Source: Candidatus Latescibacterota bacterium
Lineage (GTDB): Bacteria; Latescibacterota; UBA2968; UBA8231
Direction: 5' to 3'
NCBI GenBank assembly: GCA_965261395.1
Contig: OZ253462.1
Coordinates: 4,128,001-4,192,000 of the forward strand
DNA: 64,000 nt
Part shown: one piece after another, positions 30,984 to 40,292 of the stretch
How the letters are laid out: the number at the start of each line of letters is the position of its first letter
Numbering within the stretch: the first letter of the stretch is position 1
Position numbers and translations under genes: made by a program
Notes under the pieces: model-generated
Seen by the model: the letters and a program-made list of their open reading frames with translations, nothing else
The model's database searches: none
Told to the model about the DNA's origin: nothing

Positions 30984-31807
30984 GTTTGCCTGCGTCCAAC
31001 CGGGAAGCGACGCGCTGTTCTAAATGCGGCGGTGGAGGTCTGTACTACGACCCGATAGTCAAGGTAGGCCGCTATGGTACGCTTCGGCTTTGCGAGTGCG
31101 TCGAGTGCCGCTGTGGGGAGAGGGCACCCTACCAGTACTGGGACGACGATTCGCGCAACCAGTGGTGTCCCTGCCGTCCCTATCGCCGCAAAATGACGGA
31201 AACTAACCGCCTGTTTCGCCAGGCCGATATCCCCGAGCGCTACAAGTGGAAGTTCGTCGACGACTTCCGGATGGCAGCACCAGACGGGACGCGCATCGAC
31301 CTAGCGGCCACGGTCTATCTCCGCATTCACCAAGACCTGATCGATGCAGCGAAAGAGCCTAAGCGCGGCTATCTCCTCCACGGAAATCCCGGGACGGGCA
31401 AGACCTTGATGGGATGTATTGCACTCAACGAGCTCATGTTGCGCTGGACCAAACCGGGCCGCTTTCTCAAGCTGTCGCTCAATTACTTTCAAAAGCTGCG
31501 CGACAGTTATAACCCCGATAACGTGCATTATGGCCAGACTGGGACAATCCTCGAAGAGTTGTGCAATATGCCTTATCTCGTCATAGACGATTTCGGCGTC
31601 GAGCGGGGGACTGATTGGCAACAGGAAGTACTCTACGATCTCGTAGATGGCCGCTACGGAGACCAGCGATTCACGGTCGTGACTACCAACAAGCCCCTCG
31701 ACGAACTTAAGAAGCTCGCCGAGGGCCGCATCTATTCGCGCCTAGTGGAGATGTGCCAGTTCATCCCCATGGATGGCCCTGATTATCGGAAGTATCTCAA
31801 TGAGTGA
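30980..31807 (+). CDS. DnaC/DnaI/IstB-like AAA+ ATPase with Cys-rich N-terminus
   Basis: [24 protein letters not shown] and [10 protein letters not shown] motifs. Confidence 0.85.
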   Translation: MSLPASNREATRCSKCGGGGLYYDPIVKVGRYGTLRLCECVECRCGERAPYQYWDDDSRNQWCPCRPYRRKMTETNRLFRQADIPERYKWKFVDDFRMAAPDGTRIDLAATVYLRIHQDLIDAAKEPKRGYLLHGNPGTGKTLMGCIALNELMLRWTKPGRFLKLSLNYFQKLRDSYNPDNVHYGQTGTILEELCNMPYLVIDDFGVERGTDWQQEVLYDLVDGRYGDQRFTVVTTNKPLDELKKLAEGRIYSRLVEMCQFIPMDGPDYRKYLNE

Positions 31808-32513
31808 GACAAGCTGGAAACGCAGTGATGGACGCCGGCCTGCTCAATTGCGGTCGGTGAAAATTTCCCCAAGGTACCTGAAAACGGCTGCTGGATCGGC
31901 CCTGATCGAAATGGGCGATACAAAAGTGCTCTGCACGGTATCGCCCGTCGATGGGGTGCCGCCCTTTCTGGTGGGTACTGGCAAGGGGTGGTTGACTGCG
32001 GAGTACAGCATGCTGCCTGGCTCCTCTGCTCGCCGAGTAGCCCGCGAACCTAATAGCCGGGCGCGGGAAATTCAGCGTCTGATCGGCCGCTCGCTGCGGA
32101 CTATAGTGAATTTGGAGCAAATAGGTGAGCAGACGCTGTATGTCGATTGCGATGTCATACAGGCGGATGGCGGAACGCGTACGGCCTCAATAACAGGGGC
32201 TTATGTGGCTTTGGTAGAGGCGCTTCAGACGCTGCAGGGCGATGTGCTCGTGGATCAGGTCGCCGCCGTTAGCGTCGGCGTCGTGGGGGATCAGCTCCTA
32301 TTGGATCTGTGCTACGAGGAAGACAGTCGCGCCGAAACCGATATGAACGTCGTTATGACCGGCTCGGGAGGGATCGTCGAAGTCCAAGGCACGGCTGAAG
32401 GGCGTCCCTTTACCCGCGCTCAAGCCGTCGAGTTGCTCGACTTGGCGGCTGTGGGCATAGAGCGCCTACTGGCCGTGCAACAGTCTGTTTTAAGCGCACT
32501 TACAGGGGCTTAG
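31800..32513 (+). CDS. rph: Ribonuclease PH
   Basis: [34 protein letters not shown] and DLCYEED motifs. Confidence 0.96.
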   Translation: MSETSWKRSDGRRPAQLRSVKISPRYLKTAAGSALIEMGDTKVLCTVSPVDGVPPFLVGTGKGWLTAEYSMLPGSSARRVAREPNSRAREIQRLIGRSLRTIVNLEQIGEQTLYVDCDVIQADGGTRTASITGAYVALVEALQTLQGDVLVDQVAAVSVGVVGDQLLLDLCYEEDSRAETDMNVVMTGSGGIVEVQGTAEGRPFTRAQAVELLDLAAVGIERLLAVQQSVLSALTGA

Positions 32514-32529
32514 GGGTTGGAGAAATTGC

Positions 32530-32558
32530 TTGACAGGTTTTGTGACCCCGGCTAAGTT
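32530..32558 (+). promoter_or_regulatory. Putative sigma70 promoter
   Basis: TTGACA-17 nt-TAAGTT upstream of the sigma factor gene. Confidence 0.55.
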
Positions 32559-32631
32559 AATAGCACATTTTTAGTTTAAAGCACGTGTAGCTTTCCTTTT
32601 CCTCCCCACTCTAAACGAAGAGGATGGTTCC

Positions 32632-33492
32632 ATGGCGGGAATGACTAAAGCACCATTCTGGGATATGGAAGATTGCCTCGGGAGCTATCTAGCCGAGATC
32701 GCCCATTCCAAGCCTCTCTCCCCGGCCGACGAGGTCAATCTGGCGCGAAAGATCAAGCAAGGAGATGAAGACGCCCGCAATAGATTAGTCGAAGCCAATC
32801 TGCGCTTTGTGGTCAGCGTGGCAAAGGAATACCAAAATCGCGGCGTCCCCCTCGCCGATTTGGTCAGTGCTGGCAATATGGGTTTGATCACAGCCGCCGA
32901 GCGCTTTGACGAAGAGAAGGGCTTCAAATTCATCTCCTATGCGGTTTGGTGGATCCGCCAGGCCATCCTACAGACGCTGGCCGAGCAGTCGCGCACGGTT
33001 CGCCTGCCGCTGAACAAGATCGGCTTGCTCTACAAGATATCCAAAGCGTCACGCATCTTGCAGCAAGAGCGCACTGACGATCCCCACCCGGAAGCCATTG
33101 CCGAGCAGCTCGATGTCCCGGTTGAAGAGGTCAAGGAGACCTTGATGTGCGGCCGCTCGATGCGGTCGCTCGACGCGGCCTTCCTCGGCGAAGAAGATCA
33201 CAGCCTGCTCGACGTGCTGCCAGACGAACGCCAAGAGTCCCCTGAAAACCAAGTGATGCGCGGCTGTCTGCGCGGGCAGATTGACTCGGCTCTGAGTCGG
33301 CTCATCGGGCGCGAGGCCGAAATTCTCCGCCTCTACTTTGGGCTGAACGGGGAAGAGCCTATGACCTTGGACCAGATCGGCATGCGCTTTGGGCTGACGC
33401 GCGAGCGAGTCAGGCAAATCAAGGAGAAAGCGCTGCACCGGTTGCGGCACCCCAGCCGCTGCGATCATCTGCGCTCCTACAGCCGCGCTTGA
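32632..33492 (+). CDS. RNA polymerase sigma factor, RpoD/SigA family (lacks region 1.1)
   Basis: ANLRFVVSVAK, GFKFISYAVWWIRQ and LTRERVRQI motifs. Confidence 0.94.
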   Translation: MAGMTKAPFWDMEDCLGSYLAEIAHSKPLSPADEVNLARKIKQGDEDARNRLVEANLRFVVSVAKEYQNRGVPLADLVSAGNMGLITAAERFDEEKGFKFISYAVWWIRQAILQTLAEQSRTVRLPLNKIGLLYKISKASRILQQERTDDPHPEAIAEQLDVPVEEVKETLMCGRSMRSLDAAFLGEEDHSLLDVLPDERQESPENQVMRGCLRGQIDSALSRLIGREAEILRLYFGLNGEEPMTLDQIGMRFGLTRERVRQIKEKALHRLRHPSRCDHLRSYSRA

Positions 33493-33543
33493 AGACGACC
33501 CCCAACAGGCTCCCCTGCTCCCCAAAAGTCGCAGGAGTACGCC

Positions 33544-33699
33544 ATGTTAGAAGATGCAGTTGAGGAGGATCTGCTGGATTCTATAGACGAAGTCGACGAT
33601 CAGATCAAAAATTTTCGCCAGCGGGTGCGGGCCGTTTTGGACGCTGCCCAGGCCGAGGGAACGCGGCGTAATGAAAAGGAAGGGAACGCGAGGAGATAA
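33544..33699 (+). CDS. Small 51-aa hypothetical protein (not in ORF track)
   Basis: AGGAG RBS 7 nt before ATG; MLEDAVEEDLLDSIDEVDDQIKNFRQRVRAVLDAAQAEGTRRNEKEGNARR. Confidence 0.5.
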   Translation: MLEDAVEEDLLDSIDEVDDQIKNFRQRVRAVLDAAQAEGTRRNEKEGNARR

Positions 33700-33776
33700 G
33701 CGACGCGTGGATTGACCAAAGAGGAGACGGCTTGGCTGTCCCCTCTTTTAATTTGTCTGCAACTAATGGAGAGAAC

Positions 33777-34841
33777 CTAAGTACACGACAGTAAAATGGG
33801 TTCATATTGCAGTACGAGTTTAGGTTGATCTCTTGTTTGGTGTATGATCTGTGTGAGTTGGTCTAATCCTCGTCGAAACAGGCTGATGGCTTTTCGTCCA
33901 TGTTTTTTTATGGGAATGGGTTTTCTTTGCTGTAACTGCTGTCCTACCAGTAGTGCCCATAGGAGCGTCCACGCCAGCAGCCCCAGCAGCAAGTGTACGC
34001 GTTGGGGATGAGTCAGGTGGGTATCTTCGAGGTTAAATCCTCTCGATTTCAAACAAGCAAATGTCGTCTCGATAGCCCAGCGCTGGCCATAGAGCGCCAG
34101 CACCTGTTGGAGGTCGGTTCGGTTGGTGATCAGCAGGATGCGTTGGCCGTGGACGGGGCGATGACACACCAAATTCAGGGTCAAGCCGTCATAGAGCGTG
34201 GTCTGTGGGTAATATCGGGTGGTGCCTCGGGGCATCCGTGCATTAAAAGTGGCCCCATAGCGCTGTCGACCATCGTCGAGTGTAAGCGAGGTATTACCGC
34301 GTAGGCGGATGACAAAATCGACCGGCTGCTTCAGCAAAAAAGCAAACCACGCTCGACCGATAAACTCGCGATCGGCGACCAGACAGCACACGCCCGGATC
34401 GAGGTAGGACAACGCCTTAGTCAGCAGACCCTTGCGTTCGTCGGTGTTGGAGTTGCCCGGCTTTTGCAACGACTGATAGGCCAACGGGATAGAAACCCCT
34501 TGATAGACCAAGCCGACACACAACACATTCAGATCGGTGCGACCCAGCTTCCAATGGGTCCGATCCATGACCAACACCTGGGGCTGGCCGGGGCCAACGA
34601 GCTTGGAGACGATCAACTCGGTAAACACCGACGGGGAGAATGCGCTGCTGAAAAAACGCTGTAGGCGGCGATAGTGACTGTCAATTTGGGCTATGCCCGA
34701 CAGACTACACGCGAGTTTTTTCATATTCACCGAACGCACTTGAATCAGCGCACATACTAAACGACTGATTAGGTCGATACGATGGCGCGTGAGAGATACG
34801 GGCCCTTGCGTGAGGGCTTTTTTGAGCGTATGAATAAGCAT
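33777..34841 (-). CDS. IS4-family DDE transposase
   Basis: MDRTHW, ADREF and YGQRWAIETTFACLKSRGFNLE (YREK-type motif). Confidence 0.93.
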   Translation of the reverse strand: MLIHTLKKALTQGPVSLTRHRIDLISRLVCALIQVRSVNMKKLACSLSGIAQIDSHYRRLQRFFSSAFSPSVFTELIVSKLVGPGQPQVLVMDRTHWKLGRTDLNVLCVGLVYQGVSIPLAYQSLQKPGNSNTDERKGLLTKALSYLDPGVCCLVADREFIGRAWFAFLLKQPVDFVIRLRGNTSLTLDDGRQRYGATFNARMPRGTTRYYPQTTLYDGLTLNLVCHRPVHGQRILLITNRTDLQQVLALYGQRWAIETTFACLKSRGFNLEDTHLTHPQRVHLLLGLLAWTLLWALLVGQQLQQRKPIPIKKHGRKAISLFRRGLDQLTQIIHQTRDQPKLVLQYEPILLSCT

Positions 34842-34942
34842 GGTGCGGCCCCTGTGGTTAGGATTTAGATGCAATCTTGGTCGATTACAAATAAACCTAA
34901 AGCAGGGCTGCACCACAACTTACATTACTGTCGTGTACTTAG
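33777..34942 (-). mobile_element. IS4-family insertion sequence, 1166 bp
   Basis: Perfect 18-bp terminal IRs CTAAGTACACGACAGTAA; 8-bp direct repeat GAGAGAAC at 33769-33776 and 34943-34950. Confidence 0.92.
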
Positions 34943-34954
34943 GAGAGAACTAAA

Positions 34955-35788
34955 ATGGACAAATGGGCAACAGGCATATTTACCTCTATTGACGAGGGCT
35001 TAGGGGCTGGATTGGATTCGGTGAAAGAGCTAGGGGTTTCTACTGTACATCTGCACGCGCCGCGCCGCGATTTTCGCACCCCAGAGAAAACCGCTGAAAT
35101 CAAGGACCAGTTCGCCGCGGCTGGGATCGAAATCAGCGTGGTTTTCGCCGGTTTCCCCGACGACGATTACACTACGCCGAAAATCGCCCAGCAAACGGTC
35201 GGGCTGGTGCCTTTAGATCGCCGGGAGCATCGGCTCGAGGAGACCTTGGCTATCGCGGATTTTGCCGCGGCGCTAGGAGTAGATGCTGTCGGTATGCACT
35301 TGGGCTTCGTGCCGGAGGCGTCGGATTCGGATTTCGCCGCGGTCGTCGAAGTTGCGCGCACGGTGTGCGATCACTGCCGGGGGTATGGCCAGTATTTTCA
35401 TCTAGAAACCGGTCAAGAGACCGCTGACGAACTTCTCGCCTTTATCGAAGCCGTCGATCGCGAGAACCTCGCGGTCAATTTCGATCCGGCCAATATGATC
35501 CTCTACCAAGCCGGTCCGCCGCTAGAGGCATTGGATCGGGTGGGGCGCTTTGTCCGCAGCGTCCACTGCAAAGATGCCGCAATCGAGCGCCGCCCGGACC
35601 AGCCATGGTACGAGGATGCACCGCTTGGCCAAGGCGACGTCGACATCAGGACATTCCTCTTGAAGTTGCGCGATTTGGGGTACGAGGGGCCACTGACCAT
35701 TGAGCGCGAATACGCCCCAGATCAGGTGGGGGATATCAGCGCGGCCCTGCAGCTACTCACCGATTTACGCCGAGAGATTTTGGGTTGA
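34955..35788 (+). CDS. Sugar phosphate isomerase/epimerase (xylose isomerase-like TIM barrel)
   Basis: LETGQE, NFDPAN, VHCKD and LTIERE motifs. Confidence 0.9.
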   Translation: MDKWATGIFTSIDEGLGAGLDSVKELGVSTVHLHAPRRDFRTPEKTAEIKDQFAAAGIEISVVFAGFPDDDYTTPKIAQQTVGLVPLDRREHRLEETLAIADFAAALGVDAVGMHLGFVPEASDSDFAAVVEVARTVCDHCRGYGQYFHLETGQETADELLAFIEAVDRENLAVNFDPANMILYQAGPPLEALDRVGRFVRSVHCKDAAIERRPDQPWYEDAPLGQGDVDIRTFLLKLRDLGYEGPLTIEREYAPDQVGDISAALQLLTDLRREILG

Positions 35789-36561
35789 GTGCGTCGCTGC
35801 AGAGCTGTTTGGATTTTACAGTAGATGCGGCTTGGCAAGCGGGCAAAATCACCTTGCGCTACTTCCAGTCGGGCATCCGCGCCGAGTGGAAGGAAGATCT
35901 ATCGCCGGTGACCATCGCCGATCGCGAAGCCGAAGCTAAGATACGGGACTTGTTGGCCAAAGCCTATCCCCACGACGGGATTGTCGGCGAGGAATTTGGC
36001 CAAGTTGAAGGGAGCTCCGGCGCGCGCTGGATTATCGATCCCATTGACGGGACCAAATCTTTTGTCCAAGGGGTGCCGCTCTACGGAGTGCTCATCGCGC
36101 GGGAAGGGCCGGATGGGGTTGACGTAGGCTGTTGCTACATGCCGGCCCTCGACGAGATGGTGTGGGCCGCTAAAGGCGAGGGCTGTTGGTGGAATGGTCG
36201 GCGGGCTGCGGTATCCTCGGTTGCCGAGTTAGGCCAGGCCTGTATCTGCTATACGTCGTGGCCGAGCTTTGCCGAACAGGGCCGCGAACAGGAGTGGCAG
36301 CAGCTAGTCGCTAGCACTCGGCTGCGCCGGGGATGGGGCGATTGTTACGGCCACATACTCGTGGCCACCGGCCGGGCCGAGGCCAGCTTTGACCCCATTA
36401 TGAACCCGTGGGATTGCGGACCATTGCTGCCGATTCTACAGGAAGCTGGCGGCACCTTTACCGATTGGCAGGGAGTGCCGACGATATACGGCAAAGATGC
36501 CTTCTCTTCCAATGGGCATCTCTTCGAGTCCATCATGGGGCATCTGGGTCGGCCGCAGTGA
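35785..36561 (+). CDS. hisN: Inositol monophosphatase family, histidinol-phosphatase-like
   Basis: PVTIADR, GEE, IDPIDGTKSF and PWD motifs. Confidence 0.8.
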   Translation: MSASLQSCLDFTVDAAWQAGKITLRYFQSGIRAEWKEDLSPVTIADREAEAKIRDLLAKAYPHDGIVGEEFGQVEGSSGARWIIDPIDGTKSFVQGVPLYGVLIAREGPDGVDVGCCYMPALDEMVWAAKGEGCWWNGRRAAVSSVAELGQACICYTSWPSFAEQGREQEWQQLVASTRLRRGWGDCYGHILVATGRAEASFDPIMNPWDCGPLLPILQEAGGTFTDWQGVPTIYGKDAFSSNGHLFESIMGHLGRPQ

Positions 36562-37421
36562 TAGACGAACTCAGGAGTCGGGTTGTCTTCTGTCTAGGGG
36601 TCGGCCGCGATGCCGTGGTGGCAACGTACCGCCACGATTGCACGACTGCGGCCCCAGCCATGGCTTTTGACTTTATATTTGCCGTTTTCCCGGGCATCCT
36701 CGTGCTGACGGCCCTATTGGGCTTCTTGGGCACATCGTCTGAGGATTTCATTCAAGTCCTCGAAATTTTGGGCATTGTCATCCCCGTTCCGCTGCTGGAG
36801 GCTGTCGAAGACAATATCAACTTTCTCTCGTCGCAGAGTTTGTTCGTCATCGGGTTCTTGGGTGTCATCTGGCCGGCGTCGGCTTGCATGTCCACTACGA
36901 TGATGGCGCTCAACCGAGCCTATGGCGTGCAAGAGCATCGGTCTTTCTACAAGCGACGCATTCTCTCGCTCGCCCTAATCGTGGTGTTGGGGGTTTCCTT
37001 CGTCTTTTTTTTTAATCTTATCATATTCGGCGAACATGTCGAGAGCTGGCTGCGGGCCTATTGGACTTCCTCGCATCACTTTTCTCCATTGGTCGCCTTG
37101 TTACGGCGCACGGTAGTCGTGATCGGCATGGTCACCACAGCCGCTTGTATTTACTATATTATGCCCGCTGTGCGCCTGCGTTGGTTGGACGTGTTGCCAG
37201 GTAGTGTGGTGTCTTCTGCGCTGGCCGGGGTCATCGCTTCTGGATTGGATTACGTCGAGCGGTTCAGCTATTACAATGTCATCTATGGCGTACTCGGGAC
37301 CGCCATCATCCTTTTATTGTCCGCGTATTTGCTGGCTTTTACTTTGTTGTTGGGCGGCGAATTGAACGCGGTGCTCTATCGCCGCCGCCATAGATTTGAC
37401 GCGCGCCCGACAGATTATTAG
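36558..37421 (+). CDS. YihY/BrkB family membrane protein
   Basis: ALNRAYGV, VLPG and YNVIYG...LLGGELNA motifs. Confidence 0.85.
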   Translation: MIDELRSRVVFCLGVGRDAVVATYRHDCTTAAPAMAFDFIFAVFPGILVLTALLGFLGTSSEDFIQVLEILGIVIPVPLLEAVEDNINFLSSQSLFVIGFLGVIWPASACMSTTMMALNRAYGVQEHRSFYKRRILSLALIVVLGVSFVFFFNLIIFGEHVESWLRAYWTSSHHFSPLVALLRRTVVVIGMVTTAACIYYIMPAVRLRWLDVLPGSVVSSALAGVIASGLDYVERFSYYNVIYGVLGTAIILLLSAYLLAFTLLLGGELNAVLYRRRHRFDARPTDY

Positions 37422-37465
37422 GTTGGAGTTTACAGCAGTAATGTCTTTGGGAAATGGAGAAACCA

Positions 37466-37918
37466 ATGCGCAAAAATTTAATCCTATTCGCGCTCGTCAG
37501 CGGACTTTTGGCCTGCGGCGGCAAACGAGATGAGCTGACCCCTTATATCCAGACCTTGCAGGGCTTGGAGAGCCATAGCCAACAGCTAATGCGCTATCAG
37601 GTGTACCTGACGACCGAGGGCATGACCAATCAGGCCCACGACGTCAAAGAAGTCATGCAGACCTTGCTCGACGAGCTGGAGAAGGTCGAACTCGAAGACA
37701 AGCGCCTCCGGGCCTTGCACAACGCCATGAAGCGGTCCTTGAAGGCGGCGATGCGCAAGCTGGTCGAGCCAGACTTCCCGACGTTTGTGCCCAACGCCCA
37801 AAGGAGTGTTACGGTCGTCGAAAGAGAATTTACCAAGATATATGGCAACCTAGAAGTGATGTGGGAGAAGGCTGGCAAGACCGAACCCTTCCCGCTCAAG
37901 TGGGAAGCCAAGCACTAG
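37466..37918 (+). CDS. Hypothetical lipoprotein
   Basis: LLAC lipobox after hydrophobic signal; helical body. Confidence 0.7.
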   Translation: MRKNLILFALVSGLLACGGKRDELTPYIQTLQGLESHSQQLMRYQVYLTTEGMTNQAHDVKEVMQTLLDELEKVELEDKRLRALHNAMKRSLKAAMRKLVEPDFPTFVPNAQRSVTVVEREFTKIYGNLEVMWEKAGKTEPFPLKWEAKH

Positions 37919-37954
37919 TTAAGTCCGCTGCCCGCTGCCCGCTGCATGGCGTAG

Positions 37955-37983
37955 AGCTCCCCCGGTAACAGGGGGAGCTTTTT
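37955..37983 (+). terminator. Intrinsic terminator
   Basis: AGCTCCCCC-GGTAACA-GGGGGAGCT followed by a T-run. Confidence 0.8.
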
Positions 37984-38024
37984 GTGTTAAATTGCCGTGC
38001 AGAAGAAGAAGGGATGAACAAATC

Positions 38025-38219
38025 ATGTTGTTCATGTTGTTCAAATTGCTGTTGGCGACGGTGATAGTGTTGCTGTGTTACGCCGCATACCGGCAGCTAA
38101 AGGGCCGTCCCCGCAGAGGTGCGTCCAACCAGCGCGGCAGCATTGATCCGAGCCAAGTTGCCGAGGCCGAATACTGCATATTGGACGAAGAAGGGGCTGA
38201 AAGCGAAGATCGTGGCTAA
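38025..38219 (+). CDS. Small single-TM membrane protein
   Basis: N-terminal TM helix, basic patch, C-terminal EAEY-type motif; overlaps holA start. Confidence 0.6.
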   Translation: MLFMLFKLLLATVIVLLCYAAYRQLKGRPRRGASNQRGSIDPSQVAEAEYCILDEEGAESEDRG

Positions 38220-39231
38220 GAGAGCCAAAGGGCTGAGCCCCGAAGAGTTGCTGGCCGAAATCGCCAAAGGGGATATTCGGCCCTTTTATTTGCTACACGG
38301 GGACGAGGAATACGAGCGCGAAGCCTTGGTCTCATCTATGGTGGAAGCCTTAGTGCCAGCCCAAACTCGGGATTTCAATCTCGACGTGGTGAGGGCTGAG
38401 CGCTTGGAGATGCTGGATTTTTTTCAGGTCTATGATACCTATCCCATGATGGCCGAGAGTCGGCTGACTGTGCTGCGCAATGCCGAGGCTTTAACAGCCG
38501 ACCAGTGTCGTGGCTTGGAGCGCGTATTTGCAACGCCGGTGGAGACTAGTCGGTTGCTGGTAGTGGGCCAAAAGGTCGATATGCGGCGAAAGTTCTTTCG
38601 CGAGCTCTCACGACGGGGTCGCGCGCTAGAATTTAGGCCGCCCTACGACGACAAAGTTCCGCAGTGGATACAGAGGTACGCCAAGCGCCAAGGGGTGCAG
38701 ATCGAGCCCGCGGCCGTCCAGCTACTTAGCCAGTACGTGGGAGCCAAGCCGAGCGAACTGGTCAGCGAGATAGAAAAGCTGATCAGTTTTGCCGGGGCGG
38801 GCCAGCCGATCACCGCCTCGGCGGTCGAACAAGTCGCTGGTATCACGCGCGGGGCTAGCGTGTTCGATCTCGCCGATGCTCTCGGCCAAGGGCATGGCAA
38901 GCTAGCCCAAGAGCTGATGCAAAAGTTTCTTAGCCAAGGGGAAGAGCCTACTCGCGCCGTAGCAATGGTCACCCGCCACTTCCAGCTTTTGCTCAAGGCT
39001 AAGGGGCTAATGGGCAAGTCGCTACCGCGCGACAAAATGGCCGCCGAATTAGGTGTTGCGCCGTTCTTTTTGTCTGGGTATTTGGAGCAGGCCAAGCGCC
39101 GTCCTGCCTCTTGGCTGTGGGCGGGGTTGAGTGCCTTAAAGGAGGCCGATTGGCGTCTAAAATCGCAGGGACGACGCCAAGAGCGCTTGGTTTTGGAACT
39201 GCTGGTGGCCAAGTTGTGTCGGGAGCGCTAA
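38212..39231 (+). CDS. holA: DNA polymerase III subunit delta
   Basis: PFYLLHGDEEY, DFNLD, EIEKL and VFDLADA motifs. Confidence 0.92.
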   Translation: MAKRAKGLSPEELLAEIAKGDIRPFYLLHGDEEYEREALVSSMVEALVPAQTRDFNLDVVRAERLEMLDFFQVYDTYPMMAESRLTVLRNAEALTADQCRGLERVFATPVETSRLLVVGQKVDMRRKFFRELSRRGRALEFRPPYDDKVPQWIQRYAKRQGVQIEPAAVQLLSQYVGAKPSELVSEIEKLISFAGAGQPITASAVEQVAGITRGASVFDLADALGQGHGKLAQELMQKFLSQGEEPTRAVAMVTRHFQLLLKAKGLMGKSLPRDKMAAELGVAPFFLSGYLEQAKRRPASWLWAGLSALKEADWRLKSQGRRQERLVLELLVAKLCRER

Positions 39232-39233
39232 GC

Positions 39234-39262
39234 TTGACAATGGGTAGTGTCAGAGCTATAAT
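39234..39262 (+). promoter_or_regulatory. Perfect consensus sigma70 promoter for trxA
   Basis: TTGACA-17 nt-TATAAT. Confidence 0.85.
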
Positions 39263-39327
39263 TGAGACACAAGGTGTTGTGTTTATAACATGTTGAAAAG
39301 TATAAACTAACAAGCAAAGGACCCATT

Positions 39328-39654
39328 GTGAGCGAACCTACCGTCTTAACCGATGACAATTTCAGTGCCGAAGTCCTCAACTCCGGTCTGCCCGTACTCG
39401 TAGATTTCTGGGCGACGTGGTGCGGGCCATGCCGAATGATTGCGCCGATTGTCCAAGAATTGAGCGGCGAATACGAAGGCAGGGCCAAAGTGGGCAAATT
39501 GGACGTTGACGAGGCCCAGAGAACAGCGGCCGAATTCGGCATTCGTAGCATCCCTACCTTGCTCATTTTCAAAGGGGGCAAAGTCGCCGATCAGATAATT
39601 GGCGCTGTCCCCAAACGGCAAATCGCTGAAAAGCTAGAGGCTGTATTGGCCTAA
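39328..39654 (+). CDS. trxA: Thioredoxin
   Basis: VDFWATWCGPC and SIPT motifs. Confidence 0.97.
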   Translation: MSEPTVLTDDNFSAEVLNSGLPVLVDFWATWCGPCRMIAPIVQELSGEYEGRAKVGKLDVDEAQRTAAEFGIRSIPTLLIFKGGKVADQIIGAVPKRQIAEKLEAVLA

Positions 39655-39713
39655 TTGTGCAGACGAGAGGGCTTAGGGTGTTGCCTGTCCTGTGGTGAGC
39701 GGGAGTGCTAAAC

Positions 39714-40292
39714 ATGCCGTCTGATCCTCTCTGGAAGTACGTCTTTCGCCATCTGCGAGAGAGCGTGAGGAGTGGCCGCAAGGAGGAAGAGACTGCCACC
39801 TGCAAGCTCTTGAAGAAAGTGCCCATCTTTCAGGAACTGAGCGGACGAGAGCTGCACAAGATAGAAGAGATGCTCTACGGGCCTAGGGATTGGCGAACCC
39901 GCGAGGCAATTGTCAACCAAGGGGATCCCGGGATCGGGATGTACATCGTCGTTTCCGGTCAAGTGCGGGTTGCACAGATGGGCGACGATGGGGTTGAGAA
40001 ACAGCTAGCCACTTTGACCTGTGGGGATTTTTTTGGCGAACAGGCCCTCGTAGATGAATCGCCGCGTCCTGCTTCTGCTTACGCCGTCCGGTCTTGTAGC
40101 CTCCTCGTGTTTTGCCGCCCCGACTTACTCGAACTCATAGATAGCAACATTCCGCTCGCCCTGAAAATAGTCGAAGGCTTGGCGCAAGTGATCTCGGCCG
40201 ACGTACTCGAACTCATAGAGAAAATATCGGTGCAGTTGCGCGACCCCGAGCGCCTATTAAAAGGGGCACGACGAGCAGGCACTATCCAATGA
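39714..40292 (+). CDS. Cyclic nucleotide-binding domain protein (no HTH)
   Basis: QGDPG.GMYIV.SG and GDFFGEQAL...PRPASA phosphate-binding cassette. Confidence 0.88.
   Translation: MPSDPLWKYVFRHLRESVRSGRKEEETATCKLLKKVPIFQELSGRELHKIEEMLYGPRDWRTREAIVNQGDPGIGMYIVVSGQVRVAQMGDDGVEKQLATLTCGDFFGEQALVDESPRPASAYAVRSCSLLVFCRPDLLELIDSNIPLALKIVEGLAQVISADVLELIEKISVQLRDPERLLKGARRAGTIQ

Noticed and set aside
30980-31807. IS21 IstB helper gene
   Set aside because: No IstA transposase or terminal IRs; gene overlaps smpB and rph
37925-37945. (CCGCTGC)x3 short tandem repeat
   Set aside because: Short intergenic GC-rich repeat before a terminator; no evident function
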